DNA of 64,000 bases, taken from the NCBI GenBank assembly GCA_051294905.1, contig CM119371.1, positions 34,598,001 through 34,662,000 of the forward strand. The letters are read 5' to 3'. The stretch comes from Botryllus schlosseri. Its lineage: Eukaryota. The first letter of the stretch is position 1, and each line of letters opens with the position of its first letter. Below are positions 12,557 to 25,073 of the stretch, piece after piece. Made by a program: the position numbers and the translations under genes. The notes below the pieces were generated by a model. It worked only from the letters and a program-made list of their open reading frames with translations. It was not told where the DNA came from and did no database searches.

Positions 12557-14007
12557 ATCTAGGTAGTTGTGCTTTAGTTAGTTTGTTGCGGATTTCTGGA
12601 GAGCTTTAGTTCTAGTTCCAGTACCAGCTACTTGTGAGCGTACTTCTAGTTGTAGGTCTAGCTGCGCTTTTGAAAATCCGGTAGTTTGTACGAGTCTGGC
12701 TGCCGTGACAGGAACAACGAAAAGCAATTAATGAATATGAAGGTTTCTGTCGACTAATCTCTACGTTAGACCGGTTTCGAACAAGACAGAGGCGAGGGAG
12801 AGACGTGACAACATCCATCAGCTCTGATAACTGGTGAGAAGCGTATGAAATTGCATTATGCAATTATCATGAACGTGTGGTCGCTTGCCATTGACTTACT
12901 TCAAATTCTATGCAGACTCGTGTCGTATTGACCCGGTACCTGACCGCACGACACTTCAAGAGTACCTTACTGCATTCTAAACCATCAAATTGCAATTCCA
13001 CAACTATTCTTGCCTTGTGAAATACACTGAGGCACTTTTTCGAAATGAATGTAATGGTAAATAAATTAGGCTCAGACACAAAAAGATCAAATTCGCATAA
13101 CAGTGGCGATTGGATACAGAAAATACACTCATACCGACACCATTACTTGCACAACAAGGAAGTCTTGCCCCAACGTTACGGAACGAAAACATTAACAAAT
13201 CTAGTCATTGATTTCTCCGGCACGGAAATGATTGTCAATCATTAACATTACGGCAAGATGTACTCTTATCATGGAATAGATTGAAAGTATCATCTTTGTT
13301 TTGTCATTAAACAACCATTTCTAGCATATCGTACGAAAGAAGAATTACCTATATTTGTGCGGAGCTGATACTGGCCTAGACCTAATCATATGTTCAACCA
13401 GATAACTGCTGTTGAAGCAACTATCCCGGTCTCCCATTCTGTGCTGTTAAAATATACTATCTAGTAATGTAGCTCAAGGCAGGTGGTGGAAATAAACAAA
13501 TCTATTTAATAAATATTATACGTTCACTTTTGATTTGGGCGAAGCAGCCCGAAAATGTACTAATTTCAATTTATGAGAAGGCATAGAGAGAGAAATCAAT
13601 AATGATGGATGACGGACGCGTAGCAAGGTACGGCGCTAATGAGCTTCCGCTACATGGAATCTCCCATTTCTCGTATATTTAATATTTGTGCCTAATTTTT
13701 CACCGAATATCTTCTATCACCCCAAAGATTCGTGTACCATTAAACCTCGCGGTCTGGTAAGGCCCTGAGCAGTAGCGTTAACATGCAATATGCAAAACCT
13801 AGCGTTGTCGCATGAACCAAGTGCTTGGGATATTTAGAAACATGCGCGAAAATCTGGAGACTTGGTATTGAACTTTAAGACTCCCAGATAACATTGTGTA
13901 TATATCAGTAAAGTCCTTAAATGTGTTCGCGATGGGCGCTAGGCACGTATCCAACCATCGGTTGCGCTCGACCAGACCAGGGTTAACATTTTCGCGCGCG
14001 CAAAACT

Positions 14008-15276
14008 CTAAAAAGCCATGGAGCTCTTGAGCCAAGTTTTGCTCAGCGCGGCCGCGATCGGGTTGGTGTCTGCGGTGAATTTCGGCGCGCATTGTGACCT
14101 CATAATGCCCGACGACGAGGAAGATCCGGACGGGGACGTCGCCATTGTCGGCGACGGTTTGCGTAACAATAAGCTCTTGATGAGGTTACAAGAAGCGGGC
14201 GGGTTGCTGCGGTTCACTACCGATATATTCACACGTTTTCCTTCTTTGTTGGTGAAGAATTGCGAAGGAGCAGGTAAGCTCTTGGTTAGCAGCGGATTTG
14301 ACATAGCACGCTTTAAAGATGTAGTGGGTACGTTGTTGTTTTCGTCTAAAGGAAAAACTGGTGCGGATGCACAAAGGCGTTTTGCGTCCACGTCAGTGAT
14401 AGTTTCTGAAAGTTTACGCTTTTGTGCAATACTGCGACAAGGTACGTGCGTTTCATTCTTTCTATTCAGTCTACCGTCATCACACGGGACGTACACCGTT
14501 GGCGTGTCCGATTGTGGGGTCTGCACCACCCACAAGCCTTTGATACACTTGAATTTCACCATTCTCCACACCCCGTCTGAGCATTTAAACGGCATAGTGG
14601 TGCTAGAGTCGTTTATGTCACAGCAATCCATAGACAGCAAGGCTTCTTCTAGTTGCCTTCGCCTTTCATGCCCTAGCGGGCAGTGATCGCTTGCTTTCGA
14701 GTCAGTGCAAGCAGGTCGCTTGACTGTCCTCTGAGTTTTGGCGGGTTTTCGTGTTGCACAAACTTGCGAACGCTCCTTCGTGGGCAAGCTGGCACTGTTA
14801 GACGTTAGCAGGTTGCGTATTTGTTCCGAAGTCTGCGTCGGCTGAGATTGCGGTTTGGCTGCTGTCATCTTCTGCGGTGAAGCTACGTAGCGAGGGTAGC
14901 TTTGCGAAATCCGTTCACCCAAGCTCGACTGCTGGGCGTGTTGGAAGTATTGCAGGTACGGATTTGCAGGGTTGCGGTTTGGAATTGATGTCACGCTCAC
15001 TGGTATTGTCACGTATTGGTTGAGAGTGGGTACGTACGCGCGGTATACCGGAGTCAAGTACTGTTCGACGGCGTTGATTGGAATTGGCTGTATTGGAAGC
15101 AGGCGTTCGTTTCCCGGATGTTTCAATGTCGGGAGTTGGCGGTCCGGAGCACTTTGACTTTCCAAGATGGCGGCTGCCGTTGATAGAAGCGATATCGACC
15201 TGAAAAAGTTGACAGGTGCTATATTAATTTCTGAAGCTTCGCGAAATTGGGTGTGTTCAGTTTGTGCAAGGATCAC
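14008..15276 (-). CDS. Uncharacterised open 422-codon ORF (likely a large exon from 15199), Pro/Ser/Gln-rich, putative nuclear regulator
   Basis: Longest ORF in the window and GC-richer than its flanks. Bipartite-NLS-like KRKLSE..AKRL; LIKSLL helix motif. Strong acceptor TTTTTCAG at 15200; first in-frame ATG only at 14868. Confidence 0.6.
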   Translation of the reverse strand: MILAQTEHTQFREASEINIAPVNFFRSISLLSTAAAILESQSAPDRQLPTLKHPGNERLLPIQPIPINAVEQYLTPVYRAYVPTLNQYVTIPVSVTSIPNRNPANPYLQYFQHAQQSSLGERISQSYPRYVASPQKMTAAKPQSQPTQTSEQIRNLLTSNSASLPTKERSQVCATRKPAKTQRTVKRPACTDSKASDHCPLGHERRRQLEEALLSMDCCDINDSSTTMPFKCSDGVWRMVKFKCIKGLWVVQTPQSDTPTVYVPCDDGRLNRKNETHVPCRSIAQKRKLSETITDVDAKRLCASAPVFPLDENNNVPTTSLKRAMSNPLLTKSLPAPSQFFTNKEGKRVNISVVNRSNPPASCNLIKSLLLRKPSPTMATSPSGSSSSSGIMRSQCAPKFTADTNPIAAALSKTWLKSSMAF

Positions 15277-18154
15277 AATGAAAGTAATGATAATGTTCGG
15301 ACAGTATTGCTACTCGGATATATTGTATGAGGTATGTATATATCAGCGCTCGAGATTACCAGGCCTTCGTGTGCACTATACAAGTGCACAGTACATGTTG
15401 TAGGACAGGGTGGTGTCTGATTGAATGACTACTCCAAGTATGGTTACCTTGCTACCTTTTGATTTTATCGCAATCTTGTGATGTTTTAATTCGATGAAAA
15501 TATTACGAACCATAATGTTCGCATTGCGTTGCTATTAGGACATTGTCTGGGGTATGTTCAGAATATACGTCGCTACTCGGCCATTATGTGTGTGGCATGA
15601 AGTGTGTTCGGGCTGGAGTGTGTTGGTACTGCGTTGCCAGACTTTATTTTTCATGACGTTCATTAGGTTTCCTTATTATGCTACCGTGAAATCTATTATT
15701 CATTTATTGAAACTTTTGAACATATATAACTTTCATGCAAATATTGCGAAACGTCGGCAATCAATACTCCTACAGGCGGGCCAAACTCTTACTAGAAACG
15801 ATATCTACCTTACACAATACAAAGCGACAAAGTGTCGCAATTGCCCCCAACCGGGCTGCGTCCACACTTTGCAGACCTCTTTACGATAGGCGTAGTAAAA
15901 CACAAACTACCGGCATCGCACACAGTCGCCTTAGTACCCATCGCTGTCATGTATTTGCAGATCAGCAACGTCTCTGGCTAGGCGCCGAACTATTCAAGTT
16001 TACGCAACCTTTGCCTACTCTATATAAAGATTTTTCGCAGTCGGCATATTTGCCATGCTCTTTTGCAGTGCGATTTGATGCGTTCGCTCTGTACTTTCAT
16101 CGTTTGCGTGGAAGTAATATAATTTCTATTAGACTATTTGCATTTGCGGTATTGATATTCGGCTGAATGGGAAAATTCTAGCGGCATCGCACCTATGGAT
16201 CGGCCCCGATTTCGTAATTATAGGATGCAGCGCGTACAATGTACATTGGTATGCGGAAACACAGGGAATTGAAGATTTTGGCTTGATTCGAACTCGATCC
16301 CTTTCGATTCAAAGGAATTTCAATTTCATTTAATAGTTCTACTGAACAAACAGCTAACAGCATCTCATTGGAAATTATATTGTAATGCAAACTGTGATCT
16401 TATACGTTGAATCATTTCCTATTTTCGATAGTTGGCCTCAACTGCAATCTCATAAACTATACGATTAGTGACGAACTCATAATATTTGAGGTTTAGATCG
16501 CGGAAACGGATTCCAAAGCTACACGGGGTAATCGATAATATAGGATATGAAACCAAAGAGATGTAATTTCCCAATCCCACAAGTTTGTTTGTCATCCCTC
16601 TTTCAAAATACCACAAAACGACAGGCGTATTTGTACAAAGCTCGGAAACGAGTGGCATGATTTACGAGCTCGAGTTTGGAACGCATGGAGACAGGTGCTG
16701 CCTTGAGGTTACATTCCAACACTCACCCGTGGAACGCGATGATTCCACGGTATACTTGTGCCGTGCGATATTTGGCATTGGATAATTTCCTGGAATGGAA
16801 CTGAATGCTTTCAGGAAATAACGTCTCACCTTATAGCCTTCTCGCGATATTCGTCTGTTTCCTGGCTCTGCCGGACTTTGTTATTTGAAGCAACATTGCC
16901 AGAGAGATAGCAATTCTGCGGTAAAAAGGGAAGATCGGTATTAGTGAAAGTTCCAACGCGCACTGTACGGTAAATTTATACACCACCGGATGGAGAGCTA
17001 TTCGCATAGAACGCGCAAAAGTTGTTTTTATCATCTAATTCACGTGCTTGCACACTGCACACCTGAGATGTAAAATTAGGGCATCCTTTCACATGAATTT
17101 GAATAAAAACTGGATAATGGATCAGCATATTCATTTCAAATCCACGATTAGTTCAGTTCGTCTTGGTCCACATCTGGACTTCTACAGATTTCAACTTTAA
17201 ATACGAGGATCATCTGATAAAGTATGTTTATATTTTCGGCGTGATGTATCAGAAAAGACTCCATAAATTCACCTCCAAATTTGATCAGGTACTTCTGTCA
17301 CCATTAATACCGTAATGCGAATGACCTAATTGTGGCGTAAACTGCACATGCCCACCATACTGACTCCACAAAGACATTCTTGGAATAGTGTATGGTTTCA
17401 TTACCGAATCAGCATGATGGCATTTGACGCCATTACAGTACGAAAAATTCCAATAAATTCTACAGGTGCGTAGTATGACTTGCATCCGCTCGATTGATAC
17501 GCGGAAACGACCTTTGCTCTACGCGTGCAACTCATGCAACGGATAAGTGAGGGTTGTCGCTATTAACTTGTTGAGTATTTCGAAAGCGTATGCAAACGGC
17601 ACCACAGAGTGCTCGTAAATTGCAAGTAACGCATGTCCAAACCACTTCAGAGTTCTTCAACACCCCGAGCTGGTCAACATAGCCAGCGTTACTTCCCAAG
17701 TAGAAGTAACGCCTTAATTCCTGCTCTATTACAATTAGAAGTAGCGATTTGAGAGACATGCCAAAACTTCTTTCAGTGGAAGTAGTACATGAAATGCCCG
17801 AAAAGAACTCAAGAAAGAGTAGATTTGAATGGGGGACGCATACTCTCAGCAGTAAATCGGCGGAGGTTACCTTTCAATATCTATCCTCGAGATTTGGTAC
17901 CGTACAAATACAATCATAGAGATATATTCAGTTATCGCTAAGCAGGGGCTATTTAACTTGGTTCATACAATTTCACACATAAAATGATAGAACTTATCGC
18001 ACAACTACTTTTTAGTGCCCTAAAGTATGTAGTTTTTCCCCGAACGCTTGAGTAAGTGCTGAAGTAGCAAAACCTACTTGAGCACGCGGAAAATTAGAAG
18101 AACAACGTTACTGACCAACTCTGTCAACACCTATGTAGTCAAAATGGCATAGTT

Positions 18155-18493
18155 TCAAACATGAAATTCATGACCGACCTGCATTTCGTGTGCCGTTTGT
18201 ACGACATGAGTTTCCGTTTTCTCTTGAAATACATTCTGGTTTTTCAAGCCGTCATCGCCCGCCTTCAGCGTGGGGATCAAGTGCTTCTTTCTCCTCATCA
18301 ACAGCGGGTGTTCCTCCCACGAGTGTTGCGTCATTTCTCCCATCGATGCGCATTTGAACTCGCAATGGGGACACGCGTGCATCAAGGTTGAGATGATCGC
18401 GTGTTTGACGTGGCTGACATCGTCGGTAATCGGAGTCATTGTGGCGATGTCGTCGTCACGACTTGCAGTCCGTGACTGTCCATTGGCTACCAT
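18155..18493 (-). CDS. Small C2H2 zinc-finger ORF/exon
   Basis: CPHCEFKCASMGEMTQHSWEEH = C-x2-C-x12-H-x4-H, followed by basic RRKK. ATG start; acceptor TTCTCATTTAG ~40 nt upstream; possible donor CAG|GTCGGT near 18179. Confidence 0.6.
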   Translation of the reverse strand: MVANGQSRTASRDDDIATMTPITDDVSHVKHAIISTLMHACPHCEFKCASMGEMTQHSWEEHPLLMRRKKHLIPTLKAGDDGLKNQNVFQEKTETHVVQTAHEMQVGHEFHV

Positions 18494-19952
18494 ATCAAAT
18501 TATTTCTATCTATCGTTGACAAAGTGCGATATCTAAATGAGAAATGCAGCATAGTTGTTAAATATATCAACGCAAGTAATAACATTTCCTTGCCTACACG
18601 AACCTGACGCTGAATTGCTCAAAGAAACGATTTCTTTTCGAGAGCAAAGATAGCTAACATACGTTATCCACTCGCAAAGGTGTTTCTTACTATATTTCTC
18701 TATCTGCGAATAATGTTGAGAGCAGATACTTCGCACTTCTGTCTACTGAGTTATCTATGTGGCACTGATAGCCTACTCGGCAACGTGTAAAAGAGAATGT
18801 AATTTCAGCAGTACGCCGGCCACCCTGAGGCTTGCCAATTTTCAGTGGAATTTTGCTTGGAAGTGATAAATAACATGTCAGATGTCATCATTTATACAAC
18901 GATTTCAATTGGTTCCATGCAAGTTTCTCGACTATGATGTTTCAGTCATCATATTTGCCACAATTCAGATTATATATATGTACGTCTGATATGGTCAACA
19001 AATTCCACCAAGATAACTACTAAAACGTCAAATCCAAGTTGCTAAATGCTCGCCTATTGACTTCCGTGGGCAACAGGCAACCCCGCTGGATATGCCGGGT
19101 GAGCGTCGCGCCAATGATACGCCAATATCTTATTAGGTTTCTTCTGTGTATGCGGGAGTAAAAACAACCCGCAAGGTCGTACTTAGCTATACCATGTCCG
19201 CAGATTGATAGATGGGCGGTTTTATTCCTCTTGTGTAGCTCTGAAATCGACATCTCATTTCTCTGTCCGTAACGGTCATTCCGCTCAGGGCTACAACCAC
19301 AATAGCGATCCAGTTCAATCGAGGTAGTCATATCGCAGAAATGCGCATGATATCTCTTCCGCTGGTACAGTAAAATACGTGTGACAGTTGTGGTCGATAC
19401 TTTCGCTACAACTCAACTCAATGTCAAACGTGTCCAGGCAAGCATGCTTATCAATATTTGTTCGGCGTTTTTGCGGTCTGTGCTGTGTAGTAACTAATAG
19501 CGTTTGCCGCGACTGTGTTGATTTTGGAGCTATGCTTTACGAGTTGGCGATAGTCGGCTGCTACTGGTTTAATTAACGCCATGCTGTCGAAGGAAAATAC
19601 TCTCGGCGAAGGATCCCTTGGTTAGTACTTAGTCATAACAAAATGATAATTGTGTATGAAACATCCATTCTACTCCTGGTCATACCGCGACTCCAACTCC
19701 AACCAGTCAATAATTCGTCGTTGGTTGGTGCCTCGATATGCCAAATATACAATAGCAACCATAGCTTCTAGGGGCCTTCGCCGCTAACAACTTGTTGTAG
19801 GCGTATATTTGAGTTGGTAACTATATAAATCTCGAACATGCATCTCATAAACAGCACCATAAGAGCAAACTGAGGTAGATCGTAACTACTACTTATAAGT
19901 CATATCATGAAGCCGCTACACAGCCGAGTTCGGTACTTTCATTCAAGCACGA

Positions 19953-22900
19953 ATGTCCTCAACTGAAGGGTTTTCACCACGCGATAGCGTTATAAGAGTC
20001 AGACTTTCTGAACATCCTTGTTTGACCGCGACCGCATCACGCCACGCTTCGAGCGCAAAGTCCGACTTGTTTCCCGTGGAAAAGGCGGGTCATTGACTCG
20101 CGAAAGCAAATAAGTGCGAGTTGGGATACAACTACAGACTACAACTACGTCAGAGCGCATATAGACACTTTAGCAATAGCGATATGTCATTATAAATAGA
20201 TTCAAACTTCTAAGGAAAGCATGCGTTGACAAAATACTAGCCACGATCAAGCATACGCCAGTAATAATGTGAAATATTAACACCTCTGGCAGCAAATTAC
20301 TTAGAAACCGCCATGGGGCCAAAATCCTACGATGGAATAATATATTGTCGGCTGAGGTTTGAAGCTTGTCCCCAGGCGATGCCGGGTAAAATCTGAAAAT
20401 GAGAACTCCCGGTTGTCTTGTCATTATGGCTAGGCGTATAGTGGGAATCCATAACCAAAGTGCTATTGCTCGTGTCGTGAATGCGCCAGAATGCGTTTGA
20501 AGCCGGGTGCTCTGCAGCAATAATACGCGTATATGCAATTCATGCGTTGCTGCGTTAAGCGAGTGCATCTCGCAAAAAGTCCAAGTCATATTGACCTCGG
20601 AAAAACCAAGGACGAAGTCTTCTTATTGCCTAAATGGCGGATTAGGCGTTTTCTTGCAAACGTCTCGACGTGTTACAGCAGCGCCTCAGGGGCGTGGAGT
20701 GAAGCAAGTTCGTCGACAGCTGTGCAAAACAGAATCGAAGTCCGACGAGTAATTAGAGTTTCGCGGAAAACAAGCGAAGTTACGGTGACAGAATTCAGAT
20801 ATACCTATCGAAGTGCACCAGCGGTCGAAAAAAACATCGCATATACAATTGGAAATATGACTCGACTCTCCGATGTTGTAAACGGCACAAAACGACCTTA
20901 CTGATTCAACCACGGCAGCGTAAAGAGGTCACTATGGTCTACTATAAGTAATCTCGATACTCGCTATCGATATAACTTCAATGTTTAATTCTGACTAATC
21001 GGTGCAATCCTGAGTCCTGACCCAACTCTGAAACGCCCATATTCCCAGCGAGTGCCCGACTCCCATCAATACTCAAGAATTCCTGTTCCAATATATTGAA
21101 GCATCCAAATCACTCAGCACTAACTCTAACATGACTCGTATACTGATACTGTGCTATGTATTGCAGCGATTGTTGTTAATCCGGACCGTCTGCTAAACTT
21201 CCATTTCATTACGTGTAAATCGGCGGCCATCAGCTAAATGTGCTGTATATGACCAAGTCTTCAACGACTAGCAAACTATAACCAGAACTTGTAGTGATAT
21301 CGTGACGGGTTGGAACTCTAGTATTGGAGCACTTGATTATGGTAACTGGTTTTAACGCCGAAAATAATCACATGAATAACGTATCCGACCCGCAAGATTG
21401 TGGCATATGTACCTCGTTACAGCTGAACTGTACTTTATTAGTAGTAGTTTGATAAGAGGCAAGGCATCGTGAGGTACAGTACATTAACGCACGCACACTG
21501 TCGTACGTGACAAAGGTCATGAGTGATACATCTCGTAAGGTACGTCAAAAAGACTCGCGCAAACAGTCAAGTCATCGTCACTATACGTATCGATTTATCG
21601 GTTATGTTGATTCAAGTATCGAACCTCATTACAACACTAACATTGTACTTCGGTCGTAGGGCTGTGTTTTATAATTAAAAACAACATGTTTTGTAACTTT
21701 TAGTCGTGGTGACTGACATTGCAGCGATTGCAGCCTTAGAGTGCTAATTACTTGACGAACTGCATAATACCGTGTCGAAATGGAGGTGATGTTAATCGAG
21801 GAACGAAAACTGTCAGAATGCGGGATTACTAACGGCAATGAATCACACATAATCTTGTCATCAACGAGCGCAAATCTCTTCGGAATCTTCAAGAGTGACG
21901 CGGTCAATCAGTGCCGAAAAATGTGGACTTCGCCCCAGTTGTCCAAGTGCAGTTTGCGTGGCGAATCTCGAACTTTGGTCTACTGTCGCGCGATGGCACG
22001 AACTTAATGATGTCGATTTCTTGTTAAATCGAGTTATTTGTTAGCGCTGCGTACATAGTCATCAAATTTGAGTGATACATCAAAAATAATGTTCCGCTGC
22101 GGGATGATCCGGATATAGCTTACCTATTTGCGGTCGAACGAAGAAGGCTACTTCCATGACCCGTAAAAACAAATGCCTTTAACAGTAGAGCAACGGAAGT
22201 TATCCATCCTGTTCCTCATAATAACAAAGTTTTGAAGTCATTCAGGAGAAAACTTTCCGTACTTAAGCAACGATTTGAAAGAGTTTTCACCAACAGCTAC
22301 AACGATTGTGCAATCGAAGTCATCATGGATAAATATCAGTACTTCAAGGACTTTCTGGATGCGCGTAACTGGTTTCGTATTTTTGGCAAAGGATACGAAG
22401 TCCGATACTGAGGTCATTGGTTATAATCGTAAGCTGTTGCCCGCGGCCACACCTGGAGCATTCTGCAATTTTGGCGGCGACACAGATCTAACAAAAATCC
22501 CAAAGCGTTCTATCTTTAGGAAATGATGATCAAATATACGCGGTAGATACAGCTGGAGGGTTCCAAAATTGAAGTCGCTGCAATAACGTTTAGTCGGCAA
22601 AGACACCATGACTTGGTGCTTCGGGCAACTAACTTGAAACCGCAGCAATTATGGCGCACTTCAGCAACAAAGCGTATTTAGGCGGGGATTACAGTAAGAG
22701 TTAGTTAGACCGGTTCATATAGGTTGCATAATCACCTCCAATACTATTGAACCGATAACAAGGCCCTCTCTACGCAATCAGTTCAACCCACGGTACAGGC
22801 AGTCGACATAAACGTCCCTTGGACGTGTAGGGCTTGTCCTTGTATGCCATTAATCGTATTGGTACCCATGCGTAATCGTATCAGTGATACGTATTTGAAT

Positions 22901-23850
22901 GTAATAAAAATTTAAGCGCGCATCGGTTAGCTTCAAAGTCGACACAAGGTGCTTTTGTGGTCGTAGTTCTTTCAAGACTTGAACGTGAACCTTGCGCTCA
23001 TTGCTCAGCTCATGCGGGAGAGAGCAAAGTCCACGTCGAATCGTACGATCGGTTTCTTTTGAATACGTCATTCTCTCAGATTACAGAAGTACGTGTATTG
23101 ACAAAGCCGAACGTTTTACGAGGGAAACAACGCCCACCAACAAATCCTAGAGGCGTGTTACTGGTCATTATCGGTCAATAAAAGATTACCGGGCGCACCT
23201 CGCATAACACATCGGCATCTCAACCTCGCTGACCCCAGCGTAACCGCGCAGAACTAAGACATCTTGCAATCGGTGAAGGACGGCCCGTTGAGGAGAATCA
23301 CAACGACGTCATCGCCACTTCTATTGCCTTGGGAATACTTGTTTATGTGGACATTACTAAATATGAAGCCCCATCAAAGAACTGTTTGAAACAGCTGTGA
23401 AATTTGAACTCGAATCATTCTACTCTGGTTCCACAAAAGAATTTACCATATCTTATTAGCGACAATAGATCACTCGTTGATCTCAAAGTAGAACTAAAAT
23501 GACGGCTTTATCTAACGAAACTTAGTTACCCGTTTCATTATTAAGTTGCGTGTCCTTCATGATTGTGATAACATTCATATGTACAAGTATTCATTTCTAA
23601 AAGGGCAACCTACCCCGCACTTCAGCGAAGAGGCCCTTGAACGGATAGGTGGGTGATTGTCGTCCGTTAGTTGAAGAAAGGGAATCGTGAATTCCCATTC
23701 AACTGAGGCAAACGGCATTTTCACGCAACCCAACGGACGACAGACTAGACATGTTCATTAATATGTTATTACCGAAATTATCACATATGCGACAAATTGG
23801 TCAAACGTTTAGCTCATACCGTCATTTAAATACTTAGTCCGAGTCAATGT
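19953..23850 (+). pseudogene. Family B DNA polymerase pseudogene, RNA-primed viral type
   Basis: Collinear degenerate motifs: ExoI ISILAIDIT (20951-20977); DTVLCIA (21145); ExoII DIVTGWN..LDY (21296-21340); IDL (21589); motif A VDFA/fs/PSAVCVANLELWST (21923-21984); motif B LK(V)IQEKTF(G)YL via two frameshifts (22232-22268); motif C GGDTD (22473-22487); LE..NKAYLG (22633-22683); DV*GL = KG motif in the same frame (22822); thumb FISK..GP*TDRWVIV (23584-23664). No introns seen. Confidence 0.8.
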
Positions 23851-24737
23851 TTTAGCATTAGAGGTCTGGGACTTTGAAAATAATGCTCTTCAGTCGGTAA
23901 CCGGCTACCCGCATTGATTTGTAAGTTTCAAATCAATCACGATCGACCGACTGAGACGCATTGGAAAATCGTGAACTCAGTGTCCGAGGTCTGACCCGCG
24001 TTGGGTTCAAATTAATTTAAGACGAGCCTCACATCGGCACGATCTTTCAATAACGACGAATATACCCGTTTTTCGCTATCCTGTCGCAAGATTGCACTTA
24101 AAATTATCAGCGCGCAATCCAGGGTGCGCTTCATCAGTAAGAGAAAATTCCTGATCTCTGTATATCACAAGCAAACTGCGAGTTATGTTTTCTTTATGTG
24201 AGTTTGTCTGTCATGACTAGATCGAACACATAGATACTCAGTTGGACCATTGCTGTGTGATCACTGATCAGGCGAAGTACGTACGTCCCGTTATAGCTTG
24301 GCTATGTACTCGATTTCTACAGTTGTCGTGATTACTGTATCTCTACAATACCGAGCATTATCACGTAAAGGAGTTGTATTTGAAGCTGTCTCAACTGGAA
24401 TTTTCGTTTCGAGAGATAGCATCTGTCGCACTCCATTTACGCTTGTCTTGTTGGTGACTCAGCCGGCCTACAACTCGTAACGTTTCTCGCCCAGCAATAA
24501 GAAAAGAGTTAAACGAGTGCTTGCATGGAAGTAGGACACGAGTTCAAACGGAAATGACTAACATACTAACCAGAGGCATACGTAACATGTTCGCCACATC
24601 CGACTGCATGAATCGCTTGTAAATAATTTCAGTTTATCGGTATCGCGTTGTGATTGTGAATACATTTCATTCTGTAACCCTAGTATTCACATAAATATAT
24701 AATACGCGTTTGTTAACAAACATGGAGTTACGTAATG

Positions 24738-25073
24738 TAGGGTTTCCATATTTTGGATTCGTGAAAGGAGGACACCTTTTCAAAATTTTCAGACTTACAA
24801 TACTGGTGTAAAATCCGGAAAAATGTCAAATTTTCCCGACGTTGTGGCTGGTTGACTAAAAAAAAAAGTCGTCACTTGCGTTCGAACCACGAATTTCCTA
24901 TTTCGCGTCATTTATGCCCATTTTCACTCGAATCTATCCACTATCTTAGCCCTAAAAGATGTGAAGGAGGACGAATTGCCAGAAACGAGGACATTCGGGC
25001 GTCATCGGAGGACATTTTCAAAAACCTGAAAAAAGAGGACAAATCCTCCTAAAGGAGAACGTATGGTAACAAT
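24738..25073. mobile_element. TAGGGTTACCATA-family hAT-like MITE
   Basis: TAGGGTTTCCATA/TATGGTAAC ends; TSD ACGTAATG/ACCTAATG. Confidence 0.75.

Noticed and set aside
14018..14686. 222-aa plus-strand ORF
   Set aside because: Antisense shadow lying wholly within the longer, more protein-like minus-strand ORF.
19953..23850. PolB interpreted as Polinton/Maverick or as a host Pol delta retrocopy
   Set aside because: ExoII is TGWN-type rather than protein-primed HN-type. No integrase or Polinton TIRs were seen. Inter-motif sequence and insertions do not resemble conserved Pol delta. A phylogeny is still needed.
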